A stretch of 64,000 nucleotides of DNA, taken from the NCBI GenBank assembly GCA_963741205.1, contig CAVUHW010000031.1, positions 32,001-96,000 on the forward strand, in the 5' to 3' direction. This document shows, piece by piece, positions 1 to 10,957 of this stretch. The stretch is from Nitrospirota bacterium (GTDB lineage: Bacteria; Nitrospirota; UBA9217). The position numbers and the translations under genes are program-made. The notes beneath the pieces were generated by a model. The model saw only the letters and a list, made by a program, of their open reading frames with translations, was not told the DNA's origin and did no database searches. How positions within the stretch are numbered: the first letter of the stretch is position 1; every line of letters begins with the position of its first letter.

Positions 1-25
1 GAAGGGCTCCACTGCGGAGCCCTTC
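1..25 (-). terminator. Hairpin downstream of the DUF4382 gene, likely intrinsic terminator
   Basis: GAAGGGCTCC-actgc-GGAGCCCTTC, perfect 10-bp inverted repeat about 20 nt past the stop codon; any U-tract lies outside the window. Confidence 0.6.
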
Positions 26-46
26 TTGTGGTAACAATACTATGAT

Positions 47-1249
47 TTAGGGCGCAAGGCTAAAGTTCACCTGCGATGCGTCCGCCGCGGAGATGTCCTC
101 ATTAGAGGACCCAGTCTGATAACCGTTTGCGGAAGCCTCGGCAGCATACTTGCCGGAAGCGGCGGTTTGCTCGCTGAATGAAATCGGAAGAGAGCCCGTA
201 CCGTACTGGCCCAAGAGCGGCGCGCCGGAGGGGAGCGACATCGTGTATGCGCCTTCGCAAGGCTGAGACTTCACGATCACAGTCAGTCCTGTCGTGACGG
301 TCTGCTTCGTTGTAAGGAACGTGTTCACGGTCGAGTCCGGGGGATTCAGCGTCACCGTTCCGCTGATGATTTGCATCGTGGAGGTTGGTAAGGTGATCGG
401 CTCAGCGCTGGTGCTCACCCTGGTAGCGATGGCTGTTCCGGTGGCGTTGGTGACCGGTACCCCCGCTATGACCGCTGTAGCATGACCGTCTGCGGTAATA
501 ACGAGATCGTAGTTACCGTCCGTGAGATGTGCGAGGAAAAACTCGCCGGTTTGCGGGTCAGGCCGCGTGGAACTGACTTCCGTGCCGTTCTGCTGGGCCG
601 AAACCACAACGTTGCCGGCGGACAAGGTCGGGGAAGAAGCAACAAAGCCGTCGATGCCGGCGAGCGTGAGAGGAGTAACCTTGATCACGGGCTTCAAGGC
701 GTAGGTCCCATTGCCCCGTCTTACAATGGACTTCAAGGCGTTAAAATCCAGCACCAGGTCCACGTGCTGACCCGAAGCCACATCGAACTCATTGATCAGT
801 TTGATTCCGCTTTGCACCGCACTCGGAGTGACCAGCGGGATTTCCGCGGTCGAGGTCGTGCCCGACAACACGATAGAGTTTGCGATGTTCGTACCGGTGT
901 TCGCGGACAGCACGAGGCGAAGCTGCGTGTAATGGCCCGCCGGCAACGACGTCTGGCCAAGGCCGTCGAGCGCCCCGTTGGCGAGGTTTAGCAGGTTTAT
1001 TTTTCTCGCCGGGCTCAAGGTGATATCGGACCAGCCTTCATCGTTTTCAGAGGCAGACGCGCTTTGGTGTACGCGGACTTTGCTGACGGTCACATTCACG
1101 GCGTCAAAACCCGAGGCAGGGGCGTCGGTCAGCGAAACGGCCAGCGTGCCCGGCGCCGCACTGGTTGAACTGCCGCTGCTGCAACCGAACAGTAAAGTGC
1201 CCAGTAATACCATCAACCACCCGATTGTAGATCCTTTGTATCTGCGCAT
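47..1249 (-). CDS. DUF4382-domain lipoprotein with C-terminal carboxypeptidase-regulatory-like beta-sandwich repeats
   Basis: Lipobox LFGC; motifs VSLTDAP, YTQLRLVL, LDFNALKSIV..GTYALKPVI; GAGGAGG RBS before ATG 1249. Confidence 0.8.
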   Translation of the reverse strand: MRRYKGSTIGWLMVLLGTLLFGCSSGSSTSAAPGTLAVSLTDAPASGFDAVNVTVSKVRVHQSASASENDEGWSDITLSPARKINLLNLANGALDGLGQTSLPAGHYTQLRLVLSANTGTNIANSIVLSGTTSTAEIPLVTPSAVQSGIKLINEFDVASGQHVDLVLDFNALKSIVRRGNGTYALKPVIKVTPLTLAGIDGFVASSPTLSAGNVVVSAQQNGTEVSSTRPDPQTGEFFLAHLTDGNYDLVITADGHATAVIAGVPVTNATGTAIATRVSTSAEPITLPTSTMQIISGTVTLNPPDSTVNTFLTTKQTVTTGLTVIVKSQPCEGAYTMSLPSGAPLLGQYGTGSLPISFSEQTAASGKYAAEASANGYQTGSSNEDISAADASQVNFSLAP

Positions 1250-1678
1250 CGATAATTCCTCCTCATTAATCATTTATCAGAGTAATAAACCGGCCGACAA
1301 GACGGCCTGTCACTTCCTGTCCGGACATCCAGTCTCTGAGGGCTGTTTCCTGCGAAGATTCCTCCTTTCACGTTTGATTGTTACGTATAACTCAAAACGC
1401 ATATAATAAAAAAAATAATCATACATAAGACGTATAAAAAGAGAAAAGGTTACAATTCATGATTCCCGCGAATTATTCAACTGTTACGACGGGAACACCT
1501 TTAATTCTATCCAGCGAGCTTCTCAAGGAGAGTCACCAACGTAAATGATGACATATCCCTGTTTGAATCATGGATATTATGATATAGTTTTCTTACCGTT
1601 GTCGCCCGGATCCGAATGAGATTTTTCAGCCATCCCCGATGAGCAGGTATTTTAATAAATGACAAAGGAGGATTTACC

Positions 1679-2864
1679 TTGAAGATAGGCACGATACTAT
1701 CAAACGCAACCATCATTGTTTTTCTATTCGCCTCTACATCTGCCATTGCCCAGATACTTCCTGAAGATCCGTCCAGAGGCGGCCAGCTGTTTGTGAGCAA
1801 AGGATGTGTGAAATGTCATGCTATCCAAGGTGAAGGGAGGGGAGACCGGGCCGGATCTGGGCAGGATCGATCTTGGCGGCACCCAGCTGGAGCTGGCAGC
1901 GGTGATCTGGAACCATACTCCCGCCATGATCGCGGGAATGGAAAAGGCGGGGATCGCTAAACCCACGCTGACCGGACAGGAATTTACCGAGATCACCGCC
2001 TATCTCTATTTTTTAAGATTCTTTGATGAGCCCGGAAATGCCGCTGCAGGGGAATACCTATTCAACGAGAAGGGCTGCATCTCCTGCCACCGTGTCTCGG
2101 GCAGAGGCAAAGATGGCGCGCCCGGTCTCGATGAGTTTCCCCGGAACGCTTCGCCGGTTTTCCTGAGCCAGACGATCTGGAATCACAGCCTGCGGATGAT
2201 GGCCCGCATGGTGCGGATCGGTCAGAAGTGGCCCACTTTTGAAAAAACGGAGATGATGGATACACTGGCTTATATCAGGACCAAGGCAAGAGGGGCGGAA
2301 GAACCTTTTTTCTTCAAACCCGGAAATCCCAAGGAAGGCAGGGCGGTCTTCAATGCCAAGGGATGTGCAAATTGCCATTCCATCTTTGGCGAAGGCGCAA
2401 AGGAAGGCATCGATCTCGGGATGAGGGCGGAGTCGTTTTATACGAGCCTCAGCGAGATCGCTTCGAGCATGTGGAACAAGAGCCCTGAGATGATCCTGTT
2501 CACGATAGCCCCGACGCAGTGCGGGGTTCCCCGGTTCACCGCGAAAGAAATGACCGATCTCCTCGCCTATCTTTTCTTCCTCCATTATACGGACGAGCCA
2601 GGGGACCCAGTGAAAGGGAAAAAACTCTTTTCAGATATGGGGTGCGCACAATGTCACGGCGTGGACGAAAAACGCGGAACACTGATGTATATCGATCTCT
2701 CCAAATACCGGAACAGCCCGGCGACCGAAATCGTAGCCGGTATCTGGAATCACAACTTCGAAATGCGAAAGGCAACGGAAGAGAAAGACCTTCCCTGGCC
2801 TCTCTTGAAAAAAGAAGACATGGCGGACCTTCTGGAATTTATCCGGACTCCTGTAAAGAAATAA
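1679..2864 (+). CDS. Periplasmic tetraheme cytochrome c built from four class I domains (frameshift near 1835)
   Basis: Signal peptide; CVKCH, CISCH, CANCH and CAQCH, each in a repeated G..LF..KGC..CH...WNH..M unit; ORFs 1679-1960 and 1818-2864 join. Confidence 0.85.
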
Positions 2865-2903
2865 CGGCAGAGAGACCTCGTATAGTCAAAAGGACCTGCA
2901 ATG

Positions 2904-2932
2904 AAAAAAGGGAGAGGGCGCGATCTCTCCCT
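2904..2932 (-). terminator. Intrinsic terminator of the monoheme cytochrome gene
   Basis: Stem AGGGAGAG/CTCTCCCT followed by a T-run on the minus strand. Confidence 0.65.
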
Positions 2933-2948
2933 GTCGACAAAGACGGGC

Positions 2949-3335
2949 TTAGTAGCCGGCACTCGGTTTCTTCGCCGGAGCAGCAGATCCTTTGGCTTTG
3001 AGGGACTTGAGGTAGGAGATAAGGTCCTTCATCTGCTCCGAGTTTACGTCCAAAGCCTTGCCATTGAGCGCCATGGCGATACAGGTGTTGACCGTCTCTG
3101 CGAGCGAGTTGAACATTCCGCCAGGATTCTTCCACTCTTTTTTCTCCGCTACGCCAAAAAGCCCTTTCCCGTCGGGATGGCAGGTATTGCAGGACTTGCC
3201 TGACGTGCCGCCCCCGAGCTTCGGGTCGTTGAACAGCGCCTTGCCGCGATCTTCGGGAGTATGATGCATGGCGAATGCCGAGGAACCGACCAGCATTAAG
3301 ACAGCGATGACTGCGATAAGCTTCATTGATCTCAT
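2949..3335 (-). CDS. Periplasmic monoheme cytochrome c
   Basis: Signal peptide ending AFA; GKALFNDPKL..SCNTCH; AGGAGGTG RBS. Confidence 0.85.
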   Translation of the reverse strand: MRSMKLIAVIAVLMLVGSSAFAMHHTPEDRGKALFNDPKLGGGTSGKSCNTCHPDGKGLFGVAEKKEWKNPGGMFNSLAETVNTCIAMALNGKALDVNSEQMKDLISYLKSLKAKGSAAPAKKPSAGY

Positions 3336-3491
3336 TTGATTTCACCTCCTTTCCTCACGGAGGATAAATGCGTATAACCTTGATGAAAGCAGATTTGCTA
3401 ACTTATTAATAGTAGCACAATCTCCCGGACAAAAAAGGGTGAATATGTCCTCATCTGACCTCGTTCATTTCTCCGGCGATTCTGAAATGTT

Positions 3492-3520
3492 TTGAAATCC
3501 GCCGCCCACCTTGCTATACT
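3492..3520 (+). promoter_or_regulatory. Sigma70-type promoter upstream of the AhpD-like/arsS genes
   Basis: TTGAAA-17 nt-TATACT with extended TG. Confidence 0.55.
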
Positions 3521-3567
3521 TATGATATTGTTACCTCGATTCCTGTCCAGAAAGGAAAATATTTTTC

Positions 3568-3900
3568 ATGACCGAGTACTATAAAGCGGAAGATCTCGAC
3601 CGGTTCGGAGATGTCGGCAAGCACAACAAAGACCTTTTCAGGAAATTCATGGACTGGTATTCGTCGGCCCTTGAACCGGGAAAACTCACCAAGCGCGAAA
3701 AGGTCCTGATCGGCGCGGCCGTAGCGCACGTTATCCAGTGCCCGTACTGCATCGACGCCTATACCAAATCCTGCCTCGAAGAGGGGATGAGCCTGGAGCA
3801 CATCACCGAGGCAGTCCATGTGGCCTCGGCCGTCCGCGGCGGCGCATCGCTGATCCATACTATCCAGGCGCATAATGCCGTTGACAGGAATTCGATGTAG
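3568..3900 (+). CDS. AhpD/CMD-family peroxidase-like protein of the arsenosugar/rSAM-selenodomain gene cluster
   Basis: YY..EDL..F N-terminus, LTKREK.LI, QCPYCIDAY motif; adjacent to ArsS-type rSAM. Confidence 0.85.
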   Translation: MTEYYKAEDLDRFGDVGKHNKDLFRKFMDWYSSALEPGKLTKREKVLIGAAVAHVIQCPYCIDAYTKSCLEEGMSLEHITEAVHVASAVRGGASLIHTIQAHNAVDRNSM

Positions 3901-3958
3901 GAACGCAGTCAGGCTGTTTTCCTGGCGCCTGCCAAAATCATTCAATACCATGATCAAA

Positions 3959-4913
3959 ATGAAATTCAGCGATAAACTCGCGTCCGTTCAATCAGAGCCG
4001 CTCAAGGCCTTGGACATCAAGATCCTGCAGGTAAACCTTGGTTATCAGCTGCAATATGGCATGCAAACACTGCCACGTGTCAGCGGGGCCTGCGCGAACC
4101 GAGGTCATGACAAATGACACCGCAGCGAAGGTCCTGCGCGTGCTCCGGGACAATCCCGTTGAGACGCTGGACCTGACCGGAGGCGCTCCCGAGCTGAACC
4201 CGTCGTTCCGCATGCTCGTCACCGGGGCGCGAAAGGCCGGCAAGCACGTCATTTCCCGCACGAACCTCACGATCTTTTTCGAGAGGGGAATGGAGGACCT
4301 TCCCGCCTTCTACCGCGACATGGATGTAGAGTTGATCGCTTCGCTTCCCTATTATCTCGAAGACGGCGTGGACAGGGTGCGCGGCAGCGGAACGTTTAAA
4401 AAAAGTATCGCGGCGCTTCAGACTCTGAACGACCTGGGTTACGGCAAAGATTCTTCCGGGCCGTCCCTGAGCCTGGTCTACAATCCCCAGGGGATGTTCC
4501 TTGCCCCGGCCCAGTGTTCGCTTGAGGCCGAATACAAACGGGAACTCAAGGACCGCTTCAACGTATCCTTTACCCGTCTTTATACCTTCACCAACATGCC
4601 GATCGGGAGATTTCGCGATTTTCTCGTAAGGACCGGCAATCTGGATAAATATCTGGAAAAACTTTCCTCGGCCTTCAATCCCTCGACCATCGAGGGGATT
4701 ATGTGCAGGCATCTCATTAATGTCGGCTGGGACGGAGGCCTCTTCGACTGTGATTTCAACCAGGTCCTCATACACAAAACAGCCTTCAATGTCCCGCGCC
4801 ATATCGATGATTTCGACTACGCGGCGCTTGCGGGCAGAACGATCGACGTTGACGACCACTGCTTCGGCTGCACCGCGGGGCAGGGGTCCAGCTGAGTAGG
4901 CGCAGTCTCGTAG
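3959..4913 (+). CDS. arsS: ArsS-type radical SAM (seleno)protein with Cys-rich C-terminus; frameshift near 4050; UGA 4893-4895 probably selenocysteine
   Basis: LQVNLG..CNMACKHCHV, DLTGGAPELNP, CDFNQ, HCFGCTAGQGSS-TGA-VGAVS-TAG. Confidence 0.85.
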
Positions 4914-4933
4914 CAGGCAGGTTGCCTGCTCAG
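4893..4933 (+). promoter_or_regulatory. Putative bacterial SECIS element
   Basis: Stem AGCAGGCA(4912-4919)-GGT-TGCCTGCT(4923-4930); apical G about 25 nt after the in-frame UGA. Confidence 0.7.
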
Positions 4934-4943
4934 AAAAATCTCT

Positions 4944-5939
4944 ATGATAAATACCTCGCGGTCACCTTTGCTCCTTGCCGGGGATATCGGCGGCACAAAA
5001 ACGCGGCTCGGCATTTTTCAGGCGTCTGGGGGCGGGGTCCGTCTGGTCCGGACAGACGAATTATCGAGCAAGGATTACAGCGGTCTGGCGCCGATGATCC
5101 GGACCTTTCTTCACCCACGGGAGCGGATATCCGCGGCAAGCTTCGGCATCGCCGGTCCCGTGATCGACGGCAAGGCCATTGCGACAAACCTTTCCTGGGT
5201 GCTTTCTGAAAAACCCCTCGCCAGAACGTTGAACATACGAAAGCTCTCCCTCATCAACGATCTCGTTGCGAATGCCTACGGCATCTCGTTGATGAAAAAA
5301 GACGACTTCGCATTCCTGAACCGGGGAAGGCAAACCGCCGGCAACAAGGCGCTCCTCTCCGCGGGGACCGGACTCGGAGTCGCGATACTTTTTTGGGACG
5401 GCAAAAGACACATCGTTTCTTCGTCCGAGGGCGGGCATGTCGAATTCGGACCGAAGAACCGGCTGGAGCTCGGCCTGCTCCGGTACCTGTTCGAACGCTT
5501 CGGCCATGTAAGCTATGAACGGATTCTGTCCGGCGCGGGACTTTTCAATATCTATCAATTTTTAAGGGACACAGGCGCATGCGGGAGCGAGCCCCGACGG
5601 CTCTCCCTGCGAATGGAAGAGGAGGACCCCGCCGCCGTGATAGCCGAAACGGCCCGCCTCGGGAAAAGCAAACTGTGTCAGGCCGCGCTCCATCTTTTTG
5701 TCTCGATTTACGGCGCCGCTGCGGGAAACCTGGCACTCCAGGTTATGGCGAGCGGCGGCGTGTATCTCGGAGGAGGCATTGCGCCGAAGATCATCTGGAA
5801 ACTCAGGGACGGGACGTTCATGAAGGCCTTCAGAGATAAAGGGAGGCTGTCGCCGATTGTGGGGCGCATCCCGGTCAAGGTCATCATGAACGACGGGGCC
5901 GCTTTATGGGGCGCTGCCGCGCATGCCGCGGAACTGTAG
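4944..5939 (+). CDS. glk: Glucokinase
   Basis: AGDIGGTKT, LINDL, AGTGLG, SEGGH, GGVYLGGGI motifs. Confidence 0.92.
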   Translation: MINTSRSPLLLAGDIGGTKTRLGIFQASGGGVRLVRTDELSSKDYSGLAPMIRTFLHPRERISAASFGIAGPVIDGKAIATNLSWVLSEKPLARTLNIRKLSLINDLVANAYGISLMKKDDFAFLNRGRQTAGNKALLSAGTGLGVAILFWDGKRHIVSSSEGGHVEFGPKNRLELGLLRYLFERFGHVSYERILSGAGLFNIYQFLRDTGACGSEPRRLSLRMEEEDPAAVIAETARLGKSKLCQAALHLFVSIYGAAAGNLALQVMASGGVYLGGGIAPKIIWKLRDGTFMKAFRDKGRLSPIVGRIPVKVIMNDGAALWGAAAHAAEL

Positions 5940-6019
5940 AAAAAACGCTGATTCATAATACGGCAGATATACCCGGAAAAGGCGGATATACCTCCGAGTG
6001 AGAAATGCAGGGCAAGTCA

Positions 6020-6646
6020 ATGTCTTCAACAAAAATCACAACGCTTTTTCTCGACATCGGCGGCGTGCTCCTTACGAATGGCTGGGACGGCGCGGCCCGC
6101 AGGCTGGCTGCCTTGAAGTTCGACCTGGACCTGCCCGAGATGGACGAGCGTCACCACCTGACGTTCGACACCTATGAGGCCGGGAAACTGACCCTCGATG
6201 AGTACCTGGCAAGGGTCGTATTTCACGAAGAACGATCCTTCACGAGAGATGAATTCAGGGAGTTCATGTTCGACCAGTCCAAACCCTATCCGGATATGAT
6301 CGACCTGGTCCGCGACATCAAGGCGCGGCATGGCCTGAAAACGGCGGCGGTCAACAATGAAGGCCGGGAGCTTTCGCTCCATCGAATCAAAACGTTCAAC
6401 CTCGACTCTTTCATCGATTGTTTCATCTCTTCATCCTTTGTCCATTATCGGAAGCCGGACGCGGACATTTATCGAACGGCCCTCGACGTAGTCCAGGCCG
6501 CACCGTCACAGGTCCTCTATCTCGACGACCGGGCGATGTTCGTCGACGTGGCGCGGGGGCTGGGGATCAACGGGATTCATCATCAGTCATACGAGACCAC
6601 GAAGGCGGCGATGGAGTCATTCGGGCTGTATAAAGACAGGTACTAA
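6020..6646 (+). CDS. HAD-family phosphatase
   Basis: FLDIGGVL motif I, RKPD, YLDD motif IV. Confidence 0.85.
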   Translation: MSSTKITTLFLDIGGVLLTNGWDGAARRLAALKFDLDLPEMDERHHLTFDTYEAGKLTLDEYLARVVFHEERSFTRDEFREFMFDQSKPYPDMIDLVRDIKARHGLKTAAVNNEGRELSLHRIKTFNLDSFIDCFISSSFVHYRKPDADIYRTALDVVQAAPSQVLYLDDRAMFVDVARGLGINGIHHQSYETTKAAMESFGLYKDRY

Positions 6647-6679
6647 GGCCATCGCAGGTAAAGCCTCTTACTCTCATTC

Positions 6680-6780
6680 TGTCATTCCGGGCTTGCAAGC
6701 CTGCCCCGGACTTGATCCGGGGGAATCCATTGGCTTTTTGTTTAGATTAAAAATGGATTCCTGCTTCCGCAGGAATGACA
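6680..6780. repeat. REP/MITE-like palindromic element (GTCATTCC...GGAATGAC family), copy 1
   Basis: Perfect 9-bp terminal inverted repeat TGTCATTCC/GGAATGACA; inner GGAATCC/GGATTCC pair; related copy at 17804-17906. Confidence 0.75.
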
Positions 6781-6828
6781 AACTAAGAGGATTGCTACCC
6801 TTCGTAATATATTTTGGGAGAAACAGTT

Positions 6829-9241
6829 ATGGCAATGATACGCGGATTGCGAGAGGCCTTCGGAAAACCGGGGATCGAGCCCCGCTGGACTCAGGGGAAC
6901 AAGGACGGCGTCGGGTACGGCCTATTCCGCGACGAGCCGCATCTGGTTCACCCTGTGGAACGGGGCGGTCACCGAGGTGTACTATCCGACGATCGACCGT
7001 CCTCAGATCCGCGATCTCCAGTATCTCGTCTCGGACGGGGAGACCTTTTTTCACGAGGAAAAGCGCCATCTCAGGACCGAGACCCGCCGCCTTTCGCACC
7101 ATGCGCTCGCCTACGAGATCACGAACCATGATCCCCAGGGCCGGTACCGGATCCTCAAGGACGTGATCGCCTCGCCCCATCTTCCCTGCATTCTCCAGCA
7201 TACGCAGGATCGAAGGCGACGAGTCTTTCGTTTCCCGGCTCCGCCTCTATGCCCTCTGCGCGCCCCATCTCCAGGTGGGCGGGCGGGGCAACAACGGCTA
7301 TGTGCTCCAGGTTGCCGGCAGAGAGATCCTGGCCGCCGAAAAAGGCGGCCTCTGGATTGCGCTTGCAGCCTCCATTCCCTTTTCGCGCCTTTCCTGCGGC
7401 TACGTCGGGGCGTCCGACGGATGGACCGATCTGGCGGAGAACTTCCGCTTCGACTGGGAGTTCGATCAGGCTCTTGACGGCAACATCGCGCTCACCGGAG
7501 AACTCGTTCCCGGGGAACGGCAGGGAGTTCACCCTTGCCCTGGCCTTCGGCGACGGACAGCATAACGCCATCGCGACGCTGTTCCAGGCGCTCGGCTTTC
7601 CTTTTGACGAGCATCGCCATCGTTATGTGGAGCAGTGGAACCGCGCGTGCAGAAAGATTTATCCCGTCAGGGACGTATATGGCGACGGCGGCCAACTGTA
7701 TCACAGCAGTTTGAGCCTTCTCCTTGCCCATGAGGACAAGACCTATCCCGGCGCCTTCATCGCGTCTCTCTCGATCCCCTGGGGAGAGGCAAAAGGCGAC
7801 GAGGACACGGGCGGGTACCATCTCGTCTGGACGCGGGACATGGTCAACACGGCCATGGCCCTCCTGGCAGCCGGGAACCAGGAGACGCCGCTCCGGGCGC
7901 TCATCTATCTCGCCGCCACCCAGCATGACGACGGAGGTTTTTCCCAGAACTTCTGGATCAACGGGGAATCGTACTGGCGCGGCATCCAGCTGGACGAAGT
8001 CTCATTCCCGATCCTTCTGGCCTGGCGTCTCTACCGGGAAAACTCACTTGGGCAGTTCGATCCCTATCACATGGTCATTCGCGCGGCCCGGTATCTTATC
8101 CATCACGGTCCGGCGACCCAGCAGGAACGCTGGGAGGAAGCGAGCGGATATTCTCCGTCCACGCTTGCCGCGAACATCGCCGCGCTCATCTGCGCGGCGG
8201 GCTTTGCCCGCGACCGCGGGGACCTGGGGACCGCCGCGTACCTTGAGGAATACGCGGACTTCCTGGAATGCCACATCGAGGTCTGGACCGTGACCACGGA
8301 GGGGACGCTGCTCCCGGACGTCAAGGAGCATTTTATCCGCATCCATCCCGTCGGGGTCAACGACTTTCAGCCTGACGAGGACCCGAACCACGGCGTCCTT
8401 GCTCTCCACAACCAGCCGCCGGGCGGCAGGACCGAGTATCCCGCAAAGGAGATCGTGGACGCGGGATTTCTCGAACTCGTGCGCTACGGCATCAGGGCAC
8501 ACGACGATCCCGTCATCGTAAACTCCCTTCGCGTGATCGACGCCGTGCTCAAGGTGGACACGCCCTCCGGACCCTGCTGGCGCCGCTACAACCACGACGG
8601 CTTCGGACAGCGCGAGGACGGAGGGCCGTATCTCGGGTGGGGCAAGGGACGCGCCTGGCCCCTCTTGACCGGAGAACGGGGACACTACGAGCTGGCCGCA
8701 GGCCGAAGCGCCGAACCCTATATCCGGGCGATGGAGGGCTTTGCCTCCTTCACGGGCCTCCTGCCCGAGCAGGTCTGGGACGAGCCGGACCGCCCGCGCA
8801 TCCACATGCGTTTTGGCGGGCCCACCGGCGCGGCAATGCCGCTCATGTGGGCGCACGCCGAATACATCAAGCTGCTCAGGTCGGCCTCGGACGGCGTTGT
8901 TTTCGACCGCATCCCCGCCGTCGCGGACCGGTATCTCGACGAATCGAAGCGGTACAAGCTTCTGGAGATCTGGAAGCCGAACCGGCAACCCCGCGCGGTG
9001 AAGAAGGGATACATTCTTCGCATTCAGGCGACGACCTCCTTCGAGCTCCAATGGACGAGGGATGAGTGGCGGAACTGCGCAGACGACGCTCTCCACGCCG
9101 ACCGCCCTCGGCATCGGGTTCGTCGATATCCCGATACCCGAGTCGCAAAAGCAGCCGATCCGGTTCACGTTCTACTGGTCGGTAGGCGGCAAATGGGAAG
9201 ACCGGGATTACGAAGTGGCGATAGCGGAGGACGATGCGTGA
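6829..9241 (+). CDS. GH15 glucoamylase/glucodextranase (several frameshifts)
   Basis: AFGKPGIEPRWT N-terminus, IASLSIPWG, GGYHLVWTRD, QERWEE, PEQVWD, PLMWAHAEY spread over consecutive frames. Confidence 0.85.
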
Positions 9242-9418
9242 GAACGTAGTTGCTAAACAATCAGAATTCGAATCAAAACTGATTCCTCTGACAGGCACAT
9301 ATGCGCGCAGAGATCTCAAAACCGAATTCTCTGATTAACTGCGATTTGCGGCTTTCCCATCGCAGATAAGAATTCGTGTCACGGTTTACAGAAAATCACA
9401 TCCAGAAGGGAATTACGC

Positions 9419-10947
9419 TTGGACCAACAACCAACCATCGCGTCCTCTTGACGAAAACAACAAGACGCTGGTCAACAACGTCCATCCCTCCGGCTGGAGG
9501 AACCCCGAGCCTGCCGCCTGCTACAACCTCGTAGTGATCGGCGCGGGCACGGCCGGGCTGGTCACGGCAGCGGGCGCAGCGGGTCTCGGGGCGAAGGTCG
9601 CGCTCATCGAGCGCCATCTTCTCGGAGGGGACTGTCTCAACGTCGGCTGCGTGCCGTCAAAGGGAATCATCAGGGCAGGCCGCGCCCTGTACGATGTCAG
9701 GGCCGCCGGGGAATTCGGCATCAACACAGGGGGCGGCTATTCCGTCGACTTCGGAAAGGCCATGGAGCGGATGCGGCGGATCAGGGCAGGGCTGAGCGCG
9801 CATGACTCGGCGGAGCGGTTCAGCAAACAGCTCGGCGTCGATGTTTTTTTCGGGGAGGGGAAGTTCATCGGGCCGGACTCCATCGAGGTGGGAGGAAAGC
9901 GGCTGCGCTTCAAGAAGGCCGCGATCTGCACCGGCGCCCGCGCTGCCGCTCCTGCTGTTCCCGGGATAGGAGAAGCAGGTTATCTCACGAATGAAACGGT
10001 CTTCGGGCTCACGGAATTGCCGCATAGGCTCGCAGTCATCGGCGGCGGACCCATCGGATGCGAACTGGCCCAGACCTTTGCGCGGCTGGGGAGCCGGGTT
10101 ACCATCCTCCAGCGAGGTGGGCACGTCCTTCCCCGGGAAGACGCTGATGCGGCGGAGATTATTCATCAAGCCCTTGCGCGGGACGGGGTTTCGCTTCGTC
10201 TCAAGGCAAAGCTCCTTAAGGCCGGGACGAGGGGGAAGGAAAAAGTCATTACCGTTGAAGAGGACGGCGGGAGGGCGGAACTCGTTGTCGATGAGATTCT
10301 CGCAGGTGTCGGAAGGGCCCCGAATGTGGAGGGCCTTGATCTTGAAAAAGCGGGAGTGTCCTACGACCCGAACTCCGGCGTTCAGGTGGACGAGCGGCTC
10401 CGGACTACGAACCCGCGCGTGTACGCGGCCGGCGACATCTGCTTTCCCTACAAGTTCACCCATGCGGCCGACGCCATGGCGCGCATCCTGATCGCGAACG
10501 CGCTGTTTGCGGGAAGGCAGAAAACATCGGCACTCGTCATTCCCTGGTGCACTTATACGGACCCGGAAGTGGCGCACGTAGGCATGTACGAGAAGGAAGC
10601 ACGGGATAAGGGGATCGAGCTCCTTACGCTGACCACACCGCTTGCGGAGGTAGACCGGGCCGTCCTGGACGGAGAAACGGAGGGTTTTGCCCGGGTCCAT
10701 CATAAAGAAAGGGACCGATACGATCCTCGGCGCGACGATTGTCGCTCGCCATGCAGGCGAGATGATAGGCGAACTTGCACTTGCCATGACCGCGGGTCTC
10801 GGCATGTCGGCCATCGGCAGGACCATTCATCCCTATCCGACCCAGGCTGAGGCCGTAAAAAAACTTGCCGACGCCTACAACCGGACGAGACTTACCCCGT
10901 TCGTCAAAAAAATCCTGTCCGCGTGGCTGTCGTGGCGGAGGTCATAG
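9419..10947 (+). CDS. Pyridine nucleotide-disulfide oxidoreductase (mercuric reductase/LpdA-like, no C-terminal Cys pair); start approximate, frameshifts
   Basis: GAGTAG, GGDCLNVGCVPSK, GGGPIG, HPYPT motifs. Confidence 0.8.
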
Positions 10948-10957
10948 GAGACGGCGC

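Noticed and set aside
9419-10947. Mercury resistance gene merA
   Set aside because: No N-terminal metal-binding domain, no C-terminal Cys-Cys, and no mer operon genes nearby
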